From an uncultured virus (IMG/VR IMGVR_UViG_3300021138_000003) (lineage: Duplodnaviria; Heunggongvirae; Uroviricota; Caudoviricetes): a stretch of DNA of 64,000 nt. How positions within the stretch are numbered: the first letter of the stretch is position 1; every line of letters starts with the position of its first letter. The position numbers and the translations under genes are program-made. The stretch is taken from the IMG/VR virus record IMGVR_UViG_3300021138_000003; one strand, given 5' to 3'. The notes beneath the pieces are model-generated. The model did not search any database, was not told the DNA's origin, and was given only the letters and a program-made list of their open reading frames with translations. This document shows positions 18,556 through 31,500 of this stretch, piece by piece.

Positions 18556-21204
18556 TTAATATTTGATAATCGGTAACAGGGCAACGTTGGTTGGGCGAGT
18601 TTCGACATCACCTGTAGATTGTGTAATTCTAGTAAATTCATACGAACCAGCATCCTCGTCATTTACTCCAATAGTTTGAGGATTACTATCTTCATTGTAT
18701 GGCACCGGATTCCCATACGCATCTTTAAGACCGGGCACTTGTTCTGCATCATAAACATCCCAACTATCTTGATATAAGTGAGTATGCGCCTTTAGCGCAT
18801 CAGATTGACTAGATCCAAAAATTCTTCCTCCATCAAGTAATCGACCTGCATCCCAACCTCGAATAAACTGTCCACGTAGGTCAGGAACGTTAAATTGATG
18901 GACGCTGCCGCCATATGTATATCCAATAGCAGCGGCTAATGCAGGATACGTAAGAGTAGAATATGATGATCCGTCACATAGTAGATAACCTGCAGGAGTA
19001 GATGTTGATGCAGTGTAAATTACTGTTCCGGCCGGCACAGTCGGTACGTTAAAATTAGCAAGCAAGTTAGTAACGTAAGTAACGATTGCCTTTTGTGTGG
19101 CTAAATTCAAATCTGAATTGGACGACAGTGTACCGTCTGTATCAATTTTAGTAATCTTATGAGAAAAACCATCTTGAATTGTTGCAAATGTCAATGTGCT
19201 GACCGCACTATACGTAGCATTTAAATTATTTACAGTGGCATAAGTTGCATTGAGATTGGTTATTGTAGCAGTTGTTAGAGTGCTAATTGCCGCAGTCAAA
19301 TTAGCCACTGTCTCATTGGTTACGTTGGCAACCGAAGCAGTCAATGTACCAATGTTAGCAGAAGTTGCAGTTAGGTTAGCAATAGTTGTAGCAGTAGATT
19401 GCAGACTGTTTATTGCAACATTAGTTGCATTAAGATTTGTTACTCCTGCATTTGTTGCATTTAGACTAGTAATAGTGCCGTTTGTTGCATTAAGAGTAGA
19501 ACTTACTGTAACATTGGTCGCAGTCAACCCTGTGATATTACCTGCACTTGCAGTTATATTTGTAATGTTGCCAGTAGCAGCAGTTAAATTAGTAATCGAT
19601 CCAGTGGTAATCGACGAAGTTCCTACTGTTTCAGATCCTATAGATACAACTGTTGCAGTCAGTGATGATACCGTTGCAGTAGTTGCAGTAAGATTACCAA
19701 TATTACCAACAGTTGCCTTTATTGAAGTTAATGTTCCTGCTACCGCTGTTAGGGTTACAAATGTACCAGTATTGACATACAGTGATGCGATAGTAGCAGT
19801 AGAACTCAATAAATTATGTGAATAAATCGATGACCAATTTAAATTACTTGCACCTAGAGCATACGTATTGTCAGCAGACGGATTAATCGATCCTGCAACG
19901 CTCGGAGAACCAATAATGCTCGTTAATCCCGATAATGCCGAAGCATATACGGTGCTAAATCTTTGAGAGGATCCGCCCAAGTTACTAGTTAAGTCGGCTA
20001 CTGGCGATATCAATGAACCTGAAGTTAAACTCCATTGTCCGTCTAATGTTCCTGCGGCAGCAGACGATCCTGCACTTACTTTTGAAGAATACACTGATCC
20101 AAACAGATTGCCCGAGGAACCTAAATTTGATGCTCCGCTAGTAACCGGAATTAAATTACTGGTTGGTGTTAATGTCCATTGACCTTCTAAATATCCAGTA
20201 GTTGCAGACGTTGCTGCACTAACCGTAGATACATATAGTCCACCAAATGTTGCAGTCGAAAGACCGAGTGTAACTGAATTAGACGACGGTAGCAAAGATG
20301 ACCCATTAAAAATCAGTGCATTAGTAGATTGAAGTACTAGACTTCCTGCTGATGTTAATCTCATCGCCGATGTACTAGTAGTATACGTAATGCTTGACTG
20401 TCCGGTTGTCCCGAAGTTTAATGAAGTGCCATTATTAAAATACCATGATGCACTGATATGTTCAAGGGTATCTGAACGTGTAAGTTGGCCATCCCTGTCA
20501 TATAGACCATAAAGAAGAATATCAGTCGACGAATTAGTCGAGATTACCGAAGGATCATAGTTCTTAAAAGTAATTCCTCGATACACAATCGGGAATCCTG
20601 GAACAGGATTATTAATAGTTTGTGTAAATGTTACATTACTAAAAACACTAATTACCTCACCATTTAGATAGGTTAAAATAACCGGATGAGTAAAATTGTT
20701 AATGTCAGTCATCGCAACTGATGACATTTTTGTTGTACCATACCCAGGAACGGCTTCCGGACCTATGAGAGAAGCATTTGATGCAGTGTTAGTTATTACA
20801 AATAGCTGATTAGATGCGCTATCGACCCAGAAATCACCAGGCTGTGTAGATGCAAACGGAATCGATGGAATAGACGTGGCATTGGTCAACGAATCAGTAG
20901 CGGATAAACCGTAAATCGAAACAGCTAGCTGGCGCCACGAGGTACCATCATATACTGCAGGCCGACATACTTGACTATTAGTATCAAACCAAATTTGTCC
21001 AGTTAGCGGTGATCTAGGAGCAGATCCAGTTGCACTGCTATTAGCAAAATTTTCTAACAAATAAATGAAATTTTCATTTTGCTCGGCACCGAAATTAGAA
21101 ACGTTTTTTCCAACCAATGTTAAGGATGTCAAAGACTGATCAACTAATCCGTCATTTAGAACTATTATTTGTTGATTATTAGATTTTCGTAAAACGTATG
21201 CCAT
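18556..21204 (-). CDS. tail fibre protein with collar domain (paralog 3)
   Basis: Shared N-terminal domain; ~10-aa NLxAT repeats; collar motif PAGYLLCDG...FNVPDLRGQFIRGWD. Confidence 0.85.
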   Translation of the reverse strand: MAYVLRKSNNQQIIVLNDGLVDQSLTSLTLVGKNVSNFGAEQNENFIYLLENFANSSATGSAPRSPLTGQIWFDTNSQVCRPAVYDGTSWRQLAVSIYGLSATDSLTNATSIPSIPFASTQPGDFWVDSASNQLFVITNTASNASLIGPEAVPGYGTTKMSSVAMTDINNFTHPVILTYLNGEVISVFSNVTFTQTINNPVPGFPIVYRGITFKNYDPSVISTNSSTDILLYGLYDRDGQLTRSDTLEHISASWYFNNGTSLNFGTTGQSSITYTTSTSAMRLTSAGSLVLQSTNALIFNGSSLLPSSNSVTLGLSTATFGGLYVSTVSAATSATTGYLEGQWTLTPTSNLIPVTSGASNLGSSGNLFGSVYSSKVSAGSSAAAGTLDGQWSLTSGSLISPVADLTSNLGGSSQRFSTVYASALSGLTSIIGSPSVAGSINPSADNTYALGASNLNWSSIYSHNLLSSTATIASLYVNTGTFVTLTAVAGTLTSIKATVGNIGNLTATTATVSSLTATVVSIGSETVGTSSITTGSITNLTAATGNITNITASAGNITGLTATNVTVSSTLNATNGTITSLNATNAGVTNLNATNVAINSLQSTATTIANLTATSANIGTLTASVANVTNETVANLTAAISTLTTATITNLNATYATVNNLNATYSAVSTLTFATIQDGFSHKITKIDTDGTLSSNSDLNLATQKAIVTYVTNLLANFNVPTVPAGTVIYTASTSTPAGYLLCDGSSYSTLTYPALAAAIGYTYGGSVHQFNVPDLRGQFIRGWDAGRLLDGGRIFGSSQSDALKAHTHLYQDSWDVYDAEQVPGLKDAYGNPVPYNEDSNPQTIGVNDEDAGSYEFTRITQSTGDVETRPTNVALLPIIKY

Positions 21205-21213
21205 TTAACTTCC

Positions 21214-23073
21214 TTACCATGTTCCGTCTGAATATACAACATTAGTTGCTGTATAATTGTACGCTGCCCATGCTCCGCCTGATACTACATATTGTTTAAT
21301 ACATCTATTAATAACTAATGTGCTCGCCGGAACAGTAGTATTTACAACATATCCGCTCTGATATTGTACCACTGATTGACCCGAAACTATCACAGGATTA
21401 AATGATATCGGATTACTGATTGCAGTAGTAGACGAAGTTTGATATCTAGTTGCAAGAACGCGGGCACGCGCACCATTAGGAACACCATACGGTGAAGGAT
21501 CACCCGGCGGGAGCATAAATCCGAGCATAGAAAGAATAAACGTATCCATATTCGGATCTAAAGGACTAGAAGCCTGCCCAGTTACGTCGATATTTAGACT
21601 AAATTGGCCTGCACGAGCAGTAGCAACAGCAGCGTTAACATATCCAACGTTAGCCGCAACTGTTGGAGCATCATAGATAGTAGCAGTATATACGTTTGCT
21701 AATTTTCGACTATTAAAGTCTATATAAGAAGTCGAACCTACTCCTAGGGATAACGGGACGTTAGTAGTAACACCAATACCAGCCGCGGTAATAATAATCG
21801 GAGCAACTGTAACTGTTGTTAAACTAGGTAACGAAGTTATTCCAGGGGCCGAAGTAATTCCAGCACCTAATGAAGTTGCTGACAATACCGATGTTCCATT
21901 AATCTCATAACCTTTTCCGGCAGCAAGATTAAAATTCTCCGAACTGTTCCATGCTTGGTTGCTGTTTTGCCAAGTAATAGTTTTATTAGTTGCACCATGT
22001 AGTACAATACCGCCGAGATCTGCAATAGTGTCACTTGTTGAAGTATAAGCTAGATCAATAGTTTTATTAGATACCTGTAGGTTAACAACTTGAGTATAAG
22101 TAGCAGTACCGGAAACTGTTAAATTACCTGAAATTCTAACATTACCAGTTACATCTAATGGATACGCAGGAATTTTATTAAAAATTCCTAAAAATCCAGT
22201 ACTTGAACTATAATACAAAATATTAACCGTAGCGTTAGTTGCTGTTTGACCAATCAGATTAAAATCTTGTTGATCAGCCATTGCCATAGTAACCACTCGA
22301 TTAGTACCAGTAATGTAAATCGCTAGATCTTCTTGGGTACCGACTGCAATTCCGCTATCATTAAATACGTTCAGTGAACTTTGCAGACTCTGTGTAGTAC
22401 CAGTATTATTAACAATTAAATGCGATGCCTGAATTCCTTGGAAAGAGTCAGTACTAGTAGCAGTACCATAAAACTTAACTCCAGGAGCAGCAGTAATACC
22501 ATCGTAAACATATGTAATGCCCGAAGATGTAGTGTAACTGGAATACGAACTTAATGTAAACGCAGTATTACTAACTACTCCTAGCAACGTTCCATTAGAA
22601 TAGATGCCGCTTACAATTTGCAGATTCGAATATTGATCTTGAACTGTTTCTACAAGAATTCCGGATTTACCTTGTGTTGAATCATATTGGGGGCCAACTG
22701 TGACTAAATTAACACCGTCGTAATAATTAAGCTGAGTTTTATTTGTGTCAATCCAAAAATCTCCCGAAACAAGATTATTTGGTTCCGACGACGAAACAAT
22801 CGGACCACCTACGGGCTTAAATTGTAGAGAATTATTATAAAAATACATCCTTTGATCAATTGTATCAAACCAAAGTTGTCCAACTAGCGGACTAGTCGGC
22901 GGAGAAGAATAAGCAAAATTCTCCATCAAACGAATAAAATTATCATTAATATCAGCGCCATAAGCATTTACATTCTTGCCGATTAACGTCAAGCTCGTAG
23001 ATACGTTATCTGTCTGCTGATCAGCAAGTGTTAAAAGAATCTGTCCATTTGTAAGTCGTAATGTATAGCTCAT
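21214..23073 (-). CDS. baseplate/fibre protein (paralog 2)
   Basis: Shared N-terminal domain TSLTLIGKN...LMENF...GQLWFD. Confidence 0.75.
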   Translation of the reverse strand: MSYTLRLTNGQILLTLADQQTDNVSTSLTLIGKNVNAYGADINDNFIRLMENFAYSSPPTSPLVGQLWFDTIDQRMYFYNNSLQFKPVGGPIVSSSEPNNLVSGDFWIDTNKTQLNYYDGVNLVTVGPQYDSTQGKSGILVETVQDQYSNLQIVSGIYSNGTLLGVVSNTAFTLSSYSSYTTSSGITYVYDGITAAPGVKFYGTATSTDSFQGIQASHLIVNNTGTTQSLQSSLNVFNDSGIAVGTQEDLAIYITGTNRVVTMAMADQQDFNLIGQTATNATVNILYYSSSTGFLGIFNKIPAYPLDVTGNVRISGNLTVSGTATYTQVVNLQVSNKTIDLAYTSTSDTIADLGGIVLHGATNKTITWQNSNQAWNSSENFNLAAGKGYEINGTSVLSATSLGAGITSAPGITSLPSLTTVTVAPIIITAAGIGVTTNVPLSLGVGSTSYIDFNSRKLANVYTATIYDAPTVAANVGYVNAAVATARAGQFSLNIDVTGQASSPLDPNMDTFILSMLGFMLPPGDPSPYGVPNGARARVLATRYQTSSTTAISNPISFNPVIVSGQSVVQYQSGYVVNTTVPASTLVINRCIKQYVVSGGAWAAYNYTATNVVYSDGTW

Positions 23074-23078
23074 AGTTT

Positions 23079-24938
23079 TTAATACTTTATAATATAATTA
23101 ATTGTTACATTCGGAGACGACGAAACCGGCCCTGTTAAATTCGGTACATTCCATGTAGATGTAGTCGATGAATACGTATGTCCAATTAAATTTTTCAAAT
23201 TCTGATATTTCGGATCAGTAGTTAATGCTTGTCCATTGCAGACCAACCATCCGCTTGGTGGTAAATTAGTTCCTGTTCCAGAGTATAGAATGATAGTTCC
23301 CAATGGAACTAAACTACCAGCGGGTGTACTAAGATTTGCGTTATACGTCGGGGCTATCGGATCTTGATAATTCACATCACTCAAGAAGTCTCGCTTTGTC
23401 TGCTTGACCAATAAAGTCGACGACGAACTGTACATTATTAATGTATCACTACCAGTAGTAATCGAAACTGCAGATCTGTTAGTTATTAGCCCAGTTGATG
23501 CTCTAACATTTAATGTTAGAGGAATTCCTGCGCCTACAAAATTAGAGCCAGTAGTTGTCTGGAATTCTCCAGTAACAGTTACCAGCGACGGACTTGCAAA
23601 TTGAGTAGCGTTAGTTGCAATACCAATAAAGGTAGCAGTCGATCCCGAACTAGTGCTTGATTGAAAAACATTAGCATAAACATTTCTCCATCTAACTACT
23701 GGGTCTCCTATATCAAATACCGAATCTTGCGACGGAACAACAATTGAAGTAGATGGGCTTCGAGGAGCCGTAATCGGCGAAGGTCCTACTGTTAACGGAC
23801 CTTCCAAAATGTGTTCACCAGTAACGACTAATGTGCTACCAATACCAACGCCACCTGCAATTTGAAGTGCATTATTCGATACTCCTGCAATATTAGATGC
23901 TGTTGAAGTAATGAATAGAGTGCTTACCGTTGCGCTCGACGAAGCCCATATCGAACCGTTAACTGCAAGGCCCGCGGTAGAGCTAACAGACGACGGATCG
24001 TTAACTGTGATCAATTGTGTACTTCCGTCCATTATCATTAATGGTTTATTAACGCCTGCTACTGTAAAATTAAATTGTCCATTGTTGATATTATTCACAA
24101 AATTTGCAATTCTTTGTGATACTATCGAAACATTCAACGAATTTGTAATACCAATTTGTAGACTGTTGTTATCAGAGATAGTCAACGATTTAGTTGTCTG
24201 AGGTATATCGTTTCGTAAAAGAAAATCCGAAATAACTTTAGTACCGTTATTAAGTTGAATATTTTGTGCAGCATTCGCAGTTGCATTGATTGCCGGATAT
24301 ATCGGAGATTGTAATGATCCTAAATTACTAGTAGATAAATTTACACCTGATACTAATCCGTTGCTAAATCCAGGAATTACTGGATTTGGGATAAAACTAT
24401 CTCGAGTAATAATTTCTACCGGTACATCGTCGACATAGTTAATAACTACTTCATGTGTTCCGTTAGAGATATCCGTTAGCGTTACAGGATAGCTACCAGT
24501 TTTAGTTGCACTAGAGTAATTCGGTCCTACTAGTGTAAAACTAGATCCATTATAAAAACTTAACTGATTCTGAGAAGTATCAACCCAAATATCACCGAGG
24601 CTAACATTAGTAGGTTGATTCGGCTGTTGATAAAGACCATTGATCGGTTTCCACAACGCCCCCGAGGCAATACCATCATTAATTCTTAATTTTTTATTAG
24701 TAGGATCACTAGTATCGAACCAAAGTTGACCTTCAATAGGGTTAGTCGGAGGAGTAGAACTTGAAAAATTTTCAAGTAACTGGACTAGATCTTGTGCAAG
24801 TGCTTGTCCATATCCCGGATAATTACGACCAATTAGTGTAAGACTAGTTGACCGAGAATTTTCTGTTCCATCCGCAATAAAAATAGGATTAGTATTCTTT
24901 GCCGGATCTGAATAATATATTGTATAGCCACTAGCCAT
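23079..24938 (-). CDS. baseplate/short fibre protein with collar-like C-terminus (paralog 1)
   Basis: Shared N-terminal domain; PLGTIILY...PSGWLVCNG...INYIIKY. Confidence 0.78.
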   Translation of the reverse strand: MASGYTIYYSDPAKNTNPIFIADGTENSRSTSLTLIGRNYPGYGQALAQDLVQLLENFSSSTPPTNPIEGQLWFDTSDPTNKKLRINDGIASGALWKPINGLYQQPNQPTNVSLGDIWVDTSQNQLSFYNGSSFTLVGPNYSSATKTGSYPVTLTDISNGTHEVVINYVDDVPVEIITRDSFIPNPVIPGFSNGLVSGVNLSTSNLGSLQSPIYPAINATANAAQNIQLNNGTKVISDFLLRNDIPQTTKSLTISDNNSLQIGITNSLNVSIVSQRIANFVNNINNGQFNFTVAGVNKPLMIMDGSTQLITVNDPSSVSSTAGLAVNGSIWASSSATVSTLFITSTASNIAGVSNNALQIAGGVGIGSTLVVTGEHILEGPLTVGPSPITAPRSPSTSIVVPSQDSVFDIGDPVVRWRNVYANVFQSSTSSGSTATFIGIATNATQFASPSLVTVTGEFQTTTGSNFVGAGIPLTLNVRASTGLITNRSAVSITTGSDTLIMYSSSSTLLVKQTKRDFLSDVNYQDPIAPTYNANLSTPAGSLVPLGTIILYSGTGTNLPPSGWLVCNGQALTTDPKYQNLKNLIGHTYSSTTSTWNVPNLTGPVSSSPNVTINYIIKY

Positions 24939-24943
24939 TTGTA

Positions 24944-25591
24944 TTATGCTCCGTTAGTAAGACTTTGAATTCTTACAGTGTAATCAATTTGTAATAATCT
25001 ATTGAGACTCTTTTGTACAGGGTGGAAAATAACATGAGTCAACAACATTCCTGCACCAGGACCGTCTGGACTATACGACCTAAGACCTAATTCGTCAAAA
25101 ATATATGTTCCATTTACATTTGTGCTATTATCAAACGCCTGCTGACCATTCGGTTCACCGTAATCCAATAAACAACTTACTAAAATATCTGTATATGCAG
25201 TACCGGTAATATGACGAACTTCCATAAAGTTTCTAGCAGGATCTAAATTTGTTGTACTGTTCGAATCAATATTTTTAATATATGTTTGATTGTACAAACT
25301 TGCATTTAAACCAACATTGTTCGGAGTAAGGTATGTGATAATACCTGTCGGATCAATTCGGCTGCCGCCATTGCCGAAGCACATTTCGGCAACAAATCCC
25401 TGCCCTTGATTACTCATAGCCTGCGCTAATCCGATACTAAAGTTTTCATAGTGAATAGCATTACGCTTGTTAATGTACACTTCTTTGGTTTCAGGATCAA
25501 AGATCTTAATATGTCCTTGAATGCTCAAGGAACCCTTCTCGTTCGGAGTAGTATCTACCATAGACGACTTTTTATTTTCTTTGTTATTCAT
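24944..25591 (-). CDS. baseplate-associated structural protein
   Basis: 215 aa between the giant wedge protein and the fibres; FDELGL and HPVQKSLNR segments. Confidence 0.65.
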   Translation of the reverse strand: MNNKENKKSSMVDTTPNEKGSLSIQGHIKIFDPETKEVYINKRNAIHYENFSIGLAQAMSNQGQGFVAEMCFGNGGSRIDPTGIITYLTPNNVGLNASLYNQTYIKNIDSNSTTNLDPARNFMEVRHITGTAYTDILVSCLLDYGEPNGQQAFDNSTNVNGTYIFDELGLRSYSPDGPGAGMLLTHVIFHPVQKSLNRLLQIDYTVRIQSLTNGA

Positions 25592-28500
25592 AGCGATATT
25601 TATCTGGCGAAGCTGCCGACCTTTCTAATAAAAACTTAACCTGCGGTGTATTATTTTCACTCAAAGTAAGATTTGAATTTGGCTGATACCAAATCTGCGA
25701 AGATCTTTTTATAACTTCGAGTGTTGCCCCTACAGTTGGTGTAAAATTAAGAGTTAATACACTACTTGTATTGATAGAAAATTGCGATGTAACAATTGTA
25801 TCAGCAGTAGAGGTGCTATCGTATCCTAGATCAAAATTATGAGATATAGTAGTTAGACCCGGTTTCAATAGCAATTGTCCTTGATAATACACTTCTACCT
25901 GATCCGAATATGCTGCACTAGAATTAAAAGTAATTCCATTCAACGTATAAGCTGTCTCTGTAGATGTAGTAGTTGCAGTTGTATATACCTGAATAACTTC
26001 GTTAAATGGCACTGTTTGGTTAACGCCTTGATCTATCACTAAAGTTCCTGTCGAATAGACTGCTTTTGGCGCAGTTCCTAGCGTACTTCTTCGCAACTGT
26101 CCTAGAGTATTTCCATTAACTGTAAAGAATTCGATTCTTTCTCCTTCAATTAATATTACTCCCGGAACATTAGTATTAACACTCGGAGATGTTAAAACAC
26201 TGCTGTCATTAACAGTGATAGAAGTCGAAGTAGTATACAATGGTTGAGTTAAGAAAGTGATGTTGTCACCGCTCAATCGCTTGAAGTGGGTTCTACCTAG
26301 CATATCCTTGAAAATTCTATAAGAAGTTGCCTGCTGTGTACTAGATGCAAAACTAGTAATCACTACGTCGTCATCGGTTGATTTAAACAATCCATTGCGA
26401 ATCGAGACAGTATAACCGTCCGTTCCGATAGAATAGTCAGTTTCTAAGCTAAGTGGTACACCATTGTATGATACCCACACATACGCAGAATCAAGAATCG
26501 GTCTTTGCATTAGATATTGATTGGTTTGATGTCCTTTGAATCTTTCTGTTCTAATAAAATCAGGATCGTGATTAGTAAACGAAGTAATTCGGATTTCATC
26601 TCCTATATTACTATTCGAAGTTAACACTATCTGATTATTTTGCACAATATAGTCATGATTTTTCTTAACAACAATTGCAATTACATCACCGTCGGAAAGA
26701 ACATTTGATTGGAACACTACCTGATTCACTGATTGGTCTAGTCTCCAAATTCCCGGTACAGGCGACAGTGTTCCATTAACGTATACTTCGATTCTCTTCA
26801 ATGCAATGGATCGATTTGGAAATATAATCGACTGACTAATATTAAAAGATGTTTGTCCATTAGCAACTTGGTAGTAAGTAGTAACCGGTGGATTGAGTCG
26901 CAAACCATTCTTAGTTACAATAACTTGACTGTGATACGGAGCAATATTGCCCGGAGGCTGTGTCAATGTAAATGTGCCAGTCGATGCAGCAACTTCAATG
27001 ATCTGCTCATGAATTTCACTGAATGATTTTACCGGTCCGCCAAACAAATACGCTTGTGTAAATCCAAGTTGATTAAATGTAATAACTGCTTCGTTTGTAG
27101 AAGAGTTAGCAGTTACAGTATAATCTACTCCTTGAACCGCAGGCGAACCATTAATAGTAACATAAGTGCTAGTTCCGTTGCTTCCAATATCATCAAACAA
27201 AACAAAAGAATTATATGTTGTGCCTGTATTGGTAATAGTACCAGCATATGAATCTAATAATTTGATCGAACCTAGTTGCATAGAAGTTAAGCTCAACCAA
27301 CCTGTGACAGTATTAGAAGAGTTAAAACTAAAGGTATTATCTGCATAATCAATTGAGTATTGACCAGTTAATAGCTTAGTATCATTAAAGACCGCAATTG
27401 TTGCATTCGAGTTTACTGGAGTAATTCCCAAAGAATATGTCCCCGGAGTTCCATTAATCCAATATTTTTTGTTAACAATTACCGGTGATGAATAATAAGG
27501 TTCAGTATAAACGCTAATTCCAACAGCTTCTTGAATTTGACCGGGAACACATTCCTCTGGAGCAGGACTATTAAATGCGTTCAAGAATCCATCGTCATTC
27601 ATTCCAGTAATAAACTGCGTAGAAGTTGATCCTCCGTCTAGAATGATTTCACTTGGAGTCAGACCCAATGCAGTTGTATAAGACATATTACCGCCATCAA
27701 TATATGCATCTAAGCTATTCAAGTCGGTAATTTGTAAAGTACCATCACTGGTTGCATATCTAAATACTACCAAACTATCGCTTGACGTAAAATTCGCCGA
27801 CGGAATAGTAATGCTTGTGAATACCGTAGTTGTTGAGGTTTCTGTAAATTCTGCCATCAACGTTGCTGATGCATATGCTTGAACAGTGGCTGTAGAATTT
27901 CCACTAATAGTAACATATGGTATATTAACATAGCCACTGCCCGGATTAACTATAGTAGCCGAAGTAACAACTCCGTTAACTACTGTAGCAGTTGCAGTCG
28001 CTTGTATACCACCGATAACGTCTGGTGCAGAAATAGCAATACCTACGTTGCCAGCAGTATATCCTGCACCACCGCTTTGGATAGTAATGTATTCAACAGC
28101 ACCAGTGCCTTGCCCAGTGATTGTAGGAACTGACGTATTAGTACCATCAACTCTTACACCGTTAATATAGGTGTTAACTTGAACTCCAGAAGGAATTGTA
28201 ATTCCAGTTAATACAAAAGTTTGAGTAGTGGTTGTAGTTACTGCAAAAGATTTATAACCTGTTTCTAATGAATAATTATCCCAATTTGAAGATCCAAACG
28301 GAACTACATCCCAGCCTCCTGCTGCGGAGAACGGAATTGTATCAACAACCAGTCCAGAAAATGACATTCCCGACATTAGTTGGTCTGGAACATTGCCCGG
28401 CATACCAGATGTAGGATTGTAATAATCTGCAATTCGATCCAATGCATTATACAATGATACATCTTTAGGATATGTTAATTCAATTGTATCACCTGCATTC

Positions 28501-31500
28501 GGAATAAATGTCAGTTGCAGCATCGCATAATTTTTAATGTATGAAGTATTTGTTTGAGGACTATAAGACGATTCACTGAATACAATACTGTAATCATCAA
28601 TTAACTTCATTACTCCATTCACTGTCAAGGTAATCTGAGACTTTTCAGGTACAGGAACCCAAGTTAAATTGTAATCAACTGTAGCACCATCACTGATAAA
28701 TGTGTCAGTAAAATACTGATTACCTATTTCTCGAACTGTCGAAATTCTATCAAACTTAATAGAGATATTGTTCTTTCTAACATTATTAAGTCCCAATCTA
28801 GCATATGCTCTAGCTGGAGTTAGCTGAGTACTGCCGCCACCATTAAACACAATTGTAGGTGGAGCAGTATATCCTGCGCCAGGATCGGTAACAATAACAC
28901 TAGTAACCTTGCCCAATGAAATATGTGCTACCGCGGTAGCACCATGCCCAGTATCACCATATGCAGGTATAATAGACACTGTAGGAACACTGGTATAAGT
29001 TCCGCCGCCATCGTATAGGAAGATGGATTCAATACCGTATGAATAATTCTTATACCAAGTATTCCAAGGATCTGATAACAGAAGTTCATTTCCGAATCCT
29101 ACGGTATTAAACTGCTGTGTCACAGTATTGAAATATGAAGGTAAATCAAAATCAGTATTGAATGTATTTGTTAATTCAGTACTTGTGTAAGATTCAGTAT
29201 ATTTTCTTATCTTGGTATGGTATGGCTTAATTTCTTCTAGGAAATTTTGATAGTTGACACTATTTTGTAATTTATAAGTGTGTCTCTGATCGAGCGCACC
29301 TAAGCTATTGTTTACATTGATAAATGTTGTTTTGAAAGCCCAATCCAAATAAGGTTGTTCACTAAATGCATAACGAACTGCCTTAAAGAAGAATTGATTC
29401 CAATAAATTTTATAAGCATTTACAAAAATATCCTTTTGTATAGCAGTTAAAATATATAATATTTCTTGCTCAGGTGCTTGGTCAAATTCAGTTTGATCCC
29501 ATCCTGCATATTCGTCCCATGCATAGATAGTGTTAGACAGATTCCAAAGAGTTGACAAAATCTGTATTGTACCATTCTGAGAAAATACTAGATCCCAGTT
29601 GTTATCAAAAGTACCGCCCGTGCCGCCGGTGCTACGTACAATTAAATATCGACCGTCGCCGCCGTTGTTTACCTTAATATATGTTCCAGCTGGTGAATTT
29701 TGGTATTCAAATAACCCATAAGGGGCATCTACTGTGGCAAAAATCTGTATTAATGGATCATAATCAGAACTTGACCAATCGACATATTCCCAGTATACTG
29801 TAGTATCGTATGACTGTGTTCTAATCTTATTCCATGACAGATTATTAGTGTTTCTAGTGTACAATGCCCATTTACCATTGCTCGATTGATCGGTCTGCAC
29901 TACCACTGTAAACGGACGCACTGTTAATTTTGGTGCTTGCAAATATCCAGAACCCGAATTATTAATGATTACTTCAATTACTCGACCATTAGCATCAATC
30001 ACCGCAGTAAATGAAGCATCAAGTTCTTGAATAATTTCAGAAATATTACCACTAGGCTGAGATCCAACAGTAATAGTCGGTGCTGTAATATAACCATACC
30101 CTGGATTGATAATTATTACCTCAGTAACAGTTCCATTTGAATCAATTACTGCTTCTAATTCTGCGGTCTGAAGCAACGAAGTTGATAGACGATCTAGTGA
30201 ATAAACATCTTCCACCAACACATCGTATGATGAAGCGTCAGGGATAGGTTCTTTAGAATTCAAGTTTGTAAAATCAATTTGTCCTGTAACTTGTAAATTG
30301 ATTAACGTATTATTAGTAAATTCTACTAAATTGCGAAGTGCTTCATTACGATTTACAAACAGGCTCTGTCTAGGTCGAATGCTAACACCGTATTTTAGTT
30401 TAGACGGTAACGACGGATCTGGCACTGGATTGCCAAGACTATCTCGTCCTAATAAACTATCTATTAACTTCTTTTCGAGCAGAGGATTTATAGTAGCATT
30501 GGCATCGTTTTCTTGTATCAATGTCCATTCAGTATGTCTCTTTGCAGCATCAGTAATACTGTCAAATTCAATCTTAAGATTATATTGATTTCCGGTTAAT
30601 TCTTTCGAATTAGCAACCATAAGAGCAGTAGGACTCAGGATCGATAAGAATTGATTTCCCGAACCTGCAGGATCAGCAATTTGTTGTGCAACATTTAATG
30701 CTGTCATTCTGCGATTCTTAACCGAAGTCGGTATAACATTCTTATTTTTAACCCAGAAATAATAGACATTCGTAAATGCATTTGAAATATTATTATAAAC
30801 TTGCTTTACAGAAAGCACATTATTCCCAGAAAATCTCGGTTGACCGCTGATACCTTGTGCCAATCCATCAGCTGTGTCTGCTAACTGACTCCATTCTGAT
30901 GGCAAATATGGACTTTCTACCCATTCATATACATCAATCGAACTTCCTGGAAAAATACCATTCCAATTATTTTTTCTATATTCAAGTTCGCCTTGTTCAT
31001 ACCAGACATATCTTACAGCAGAAAGATCCCACCATAGATCACCTACGTGATTATCTGACCAATTTGAATTAACATCAACGTTAGTGCCATTAATACCGAT
31101 ACTATAAATTGCAGGGTCATATGCTGTGATATACTTCAATTCTTGAGTAGCAGTACCTAAGATTTTTCCCTTAATAGGATCGATGATATCAAGATAATCT
31201 TGAGTTTGATCCGTAGTAGCATTGATTATTGACGAATTCTTAATTAACGATAGATCTACCAGTGGTTCTTGCTCTCTATATACCGTCCAGCCGGTGCTAG
31301 AACTATCAATTTTATTAAAGATAAAGAGCTGACCAGTACCCGAATTTGCAGCATTTAACAAAGACGGAGCGCCAATGTATACCGAAGAAGTGGTAACCGA
31401 GATGCTAGTACCAAATGAACTTGTAGAAAGAACATTACTATTTGCTAGTTCTTGAGAATACGCCCAGTTGCTGCCATATCTGTAATAAGAATGTGCAGAC

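Noticed and set aside
15013..24938. Diversity-generating retroelement or invertible fibre cassette
   Set aside because: No reverse transcriptase or invertase in the window and no near-identical template/variable repeat pair seen by eye
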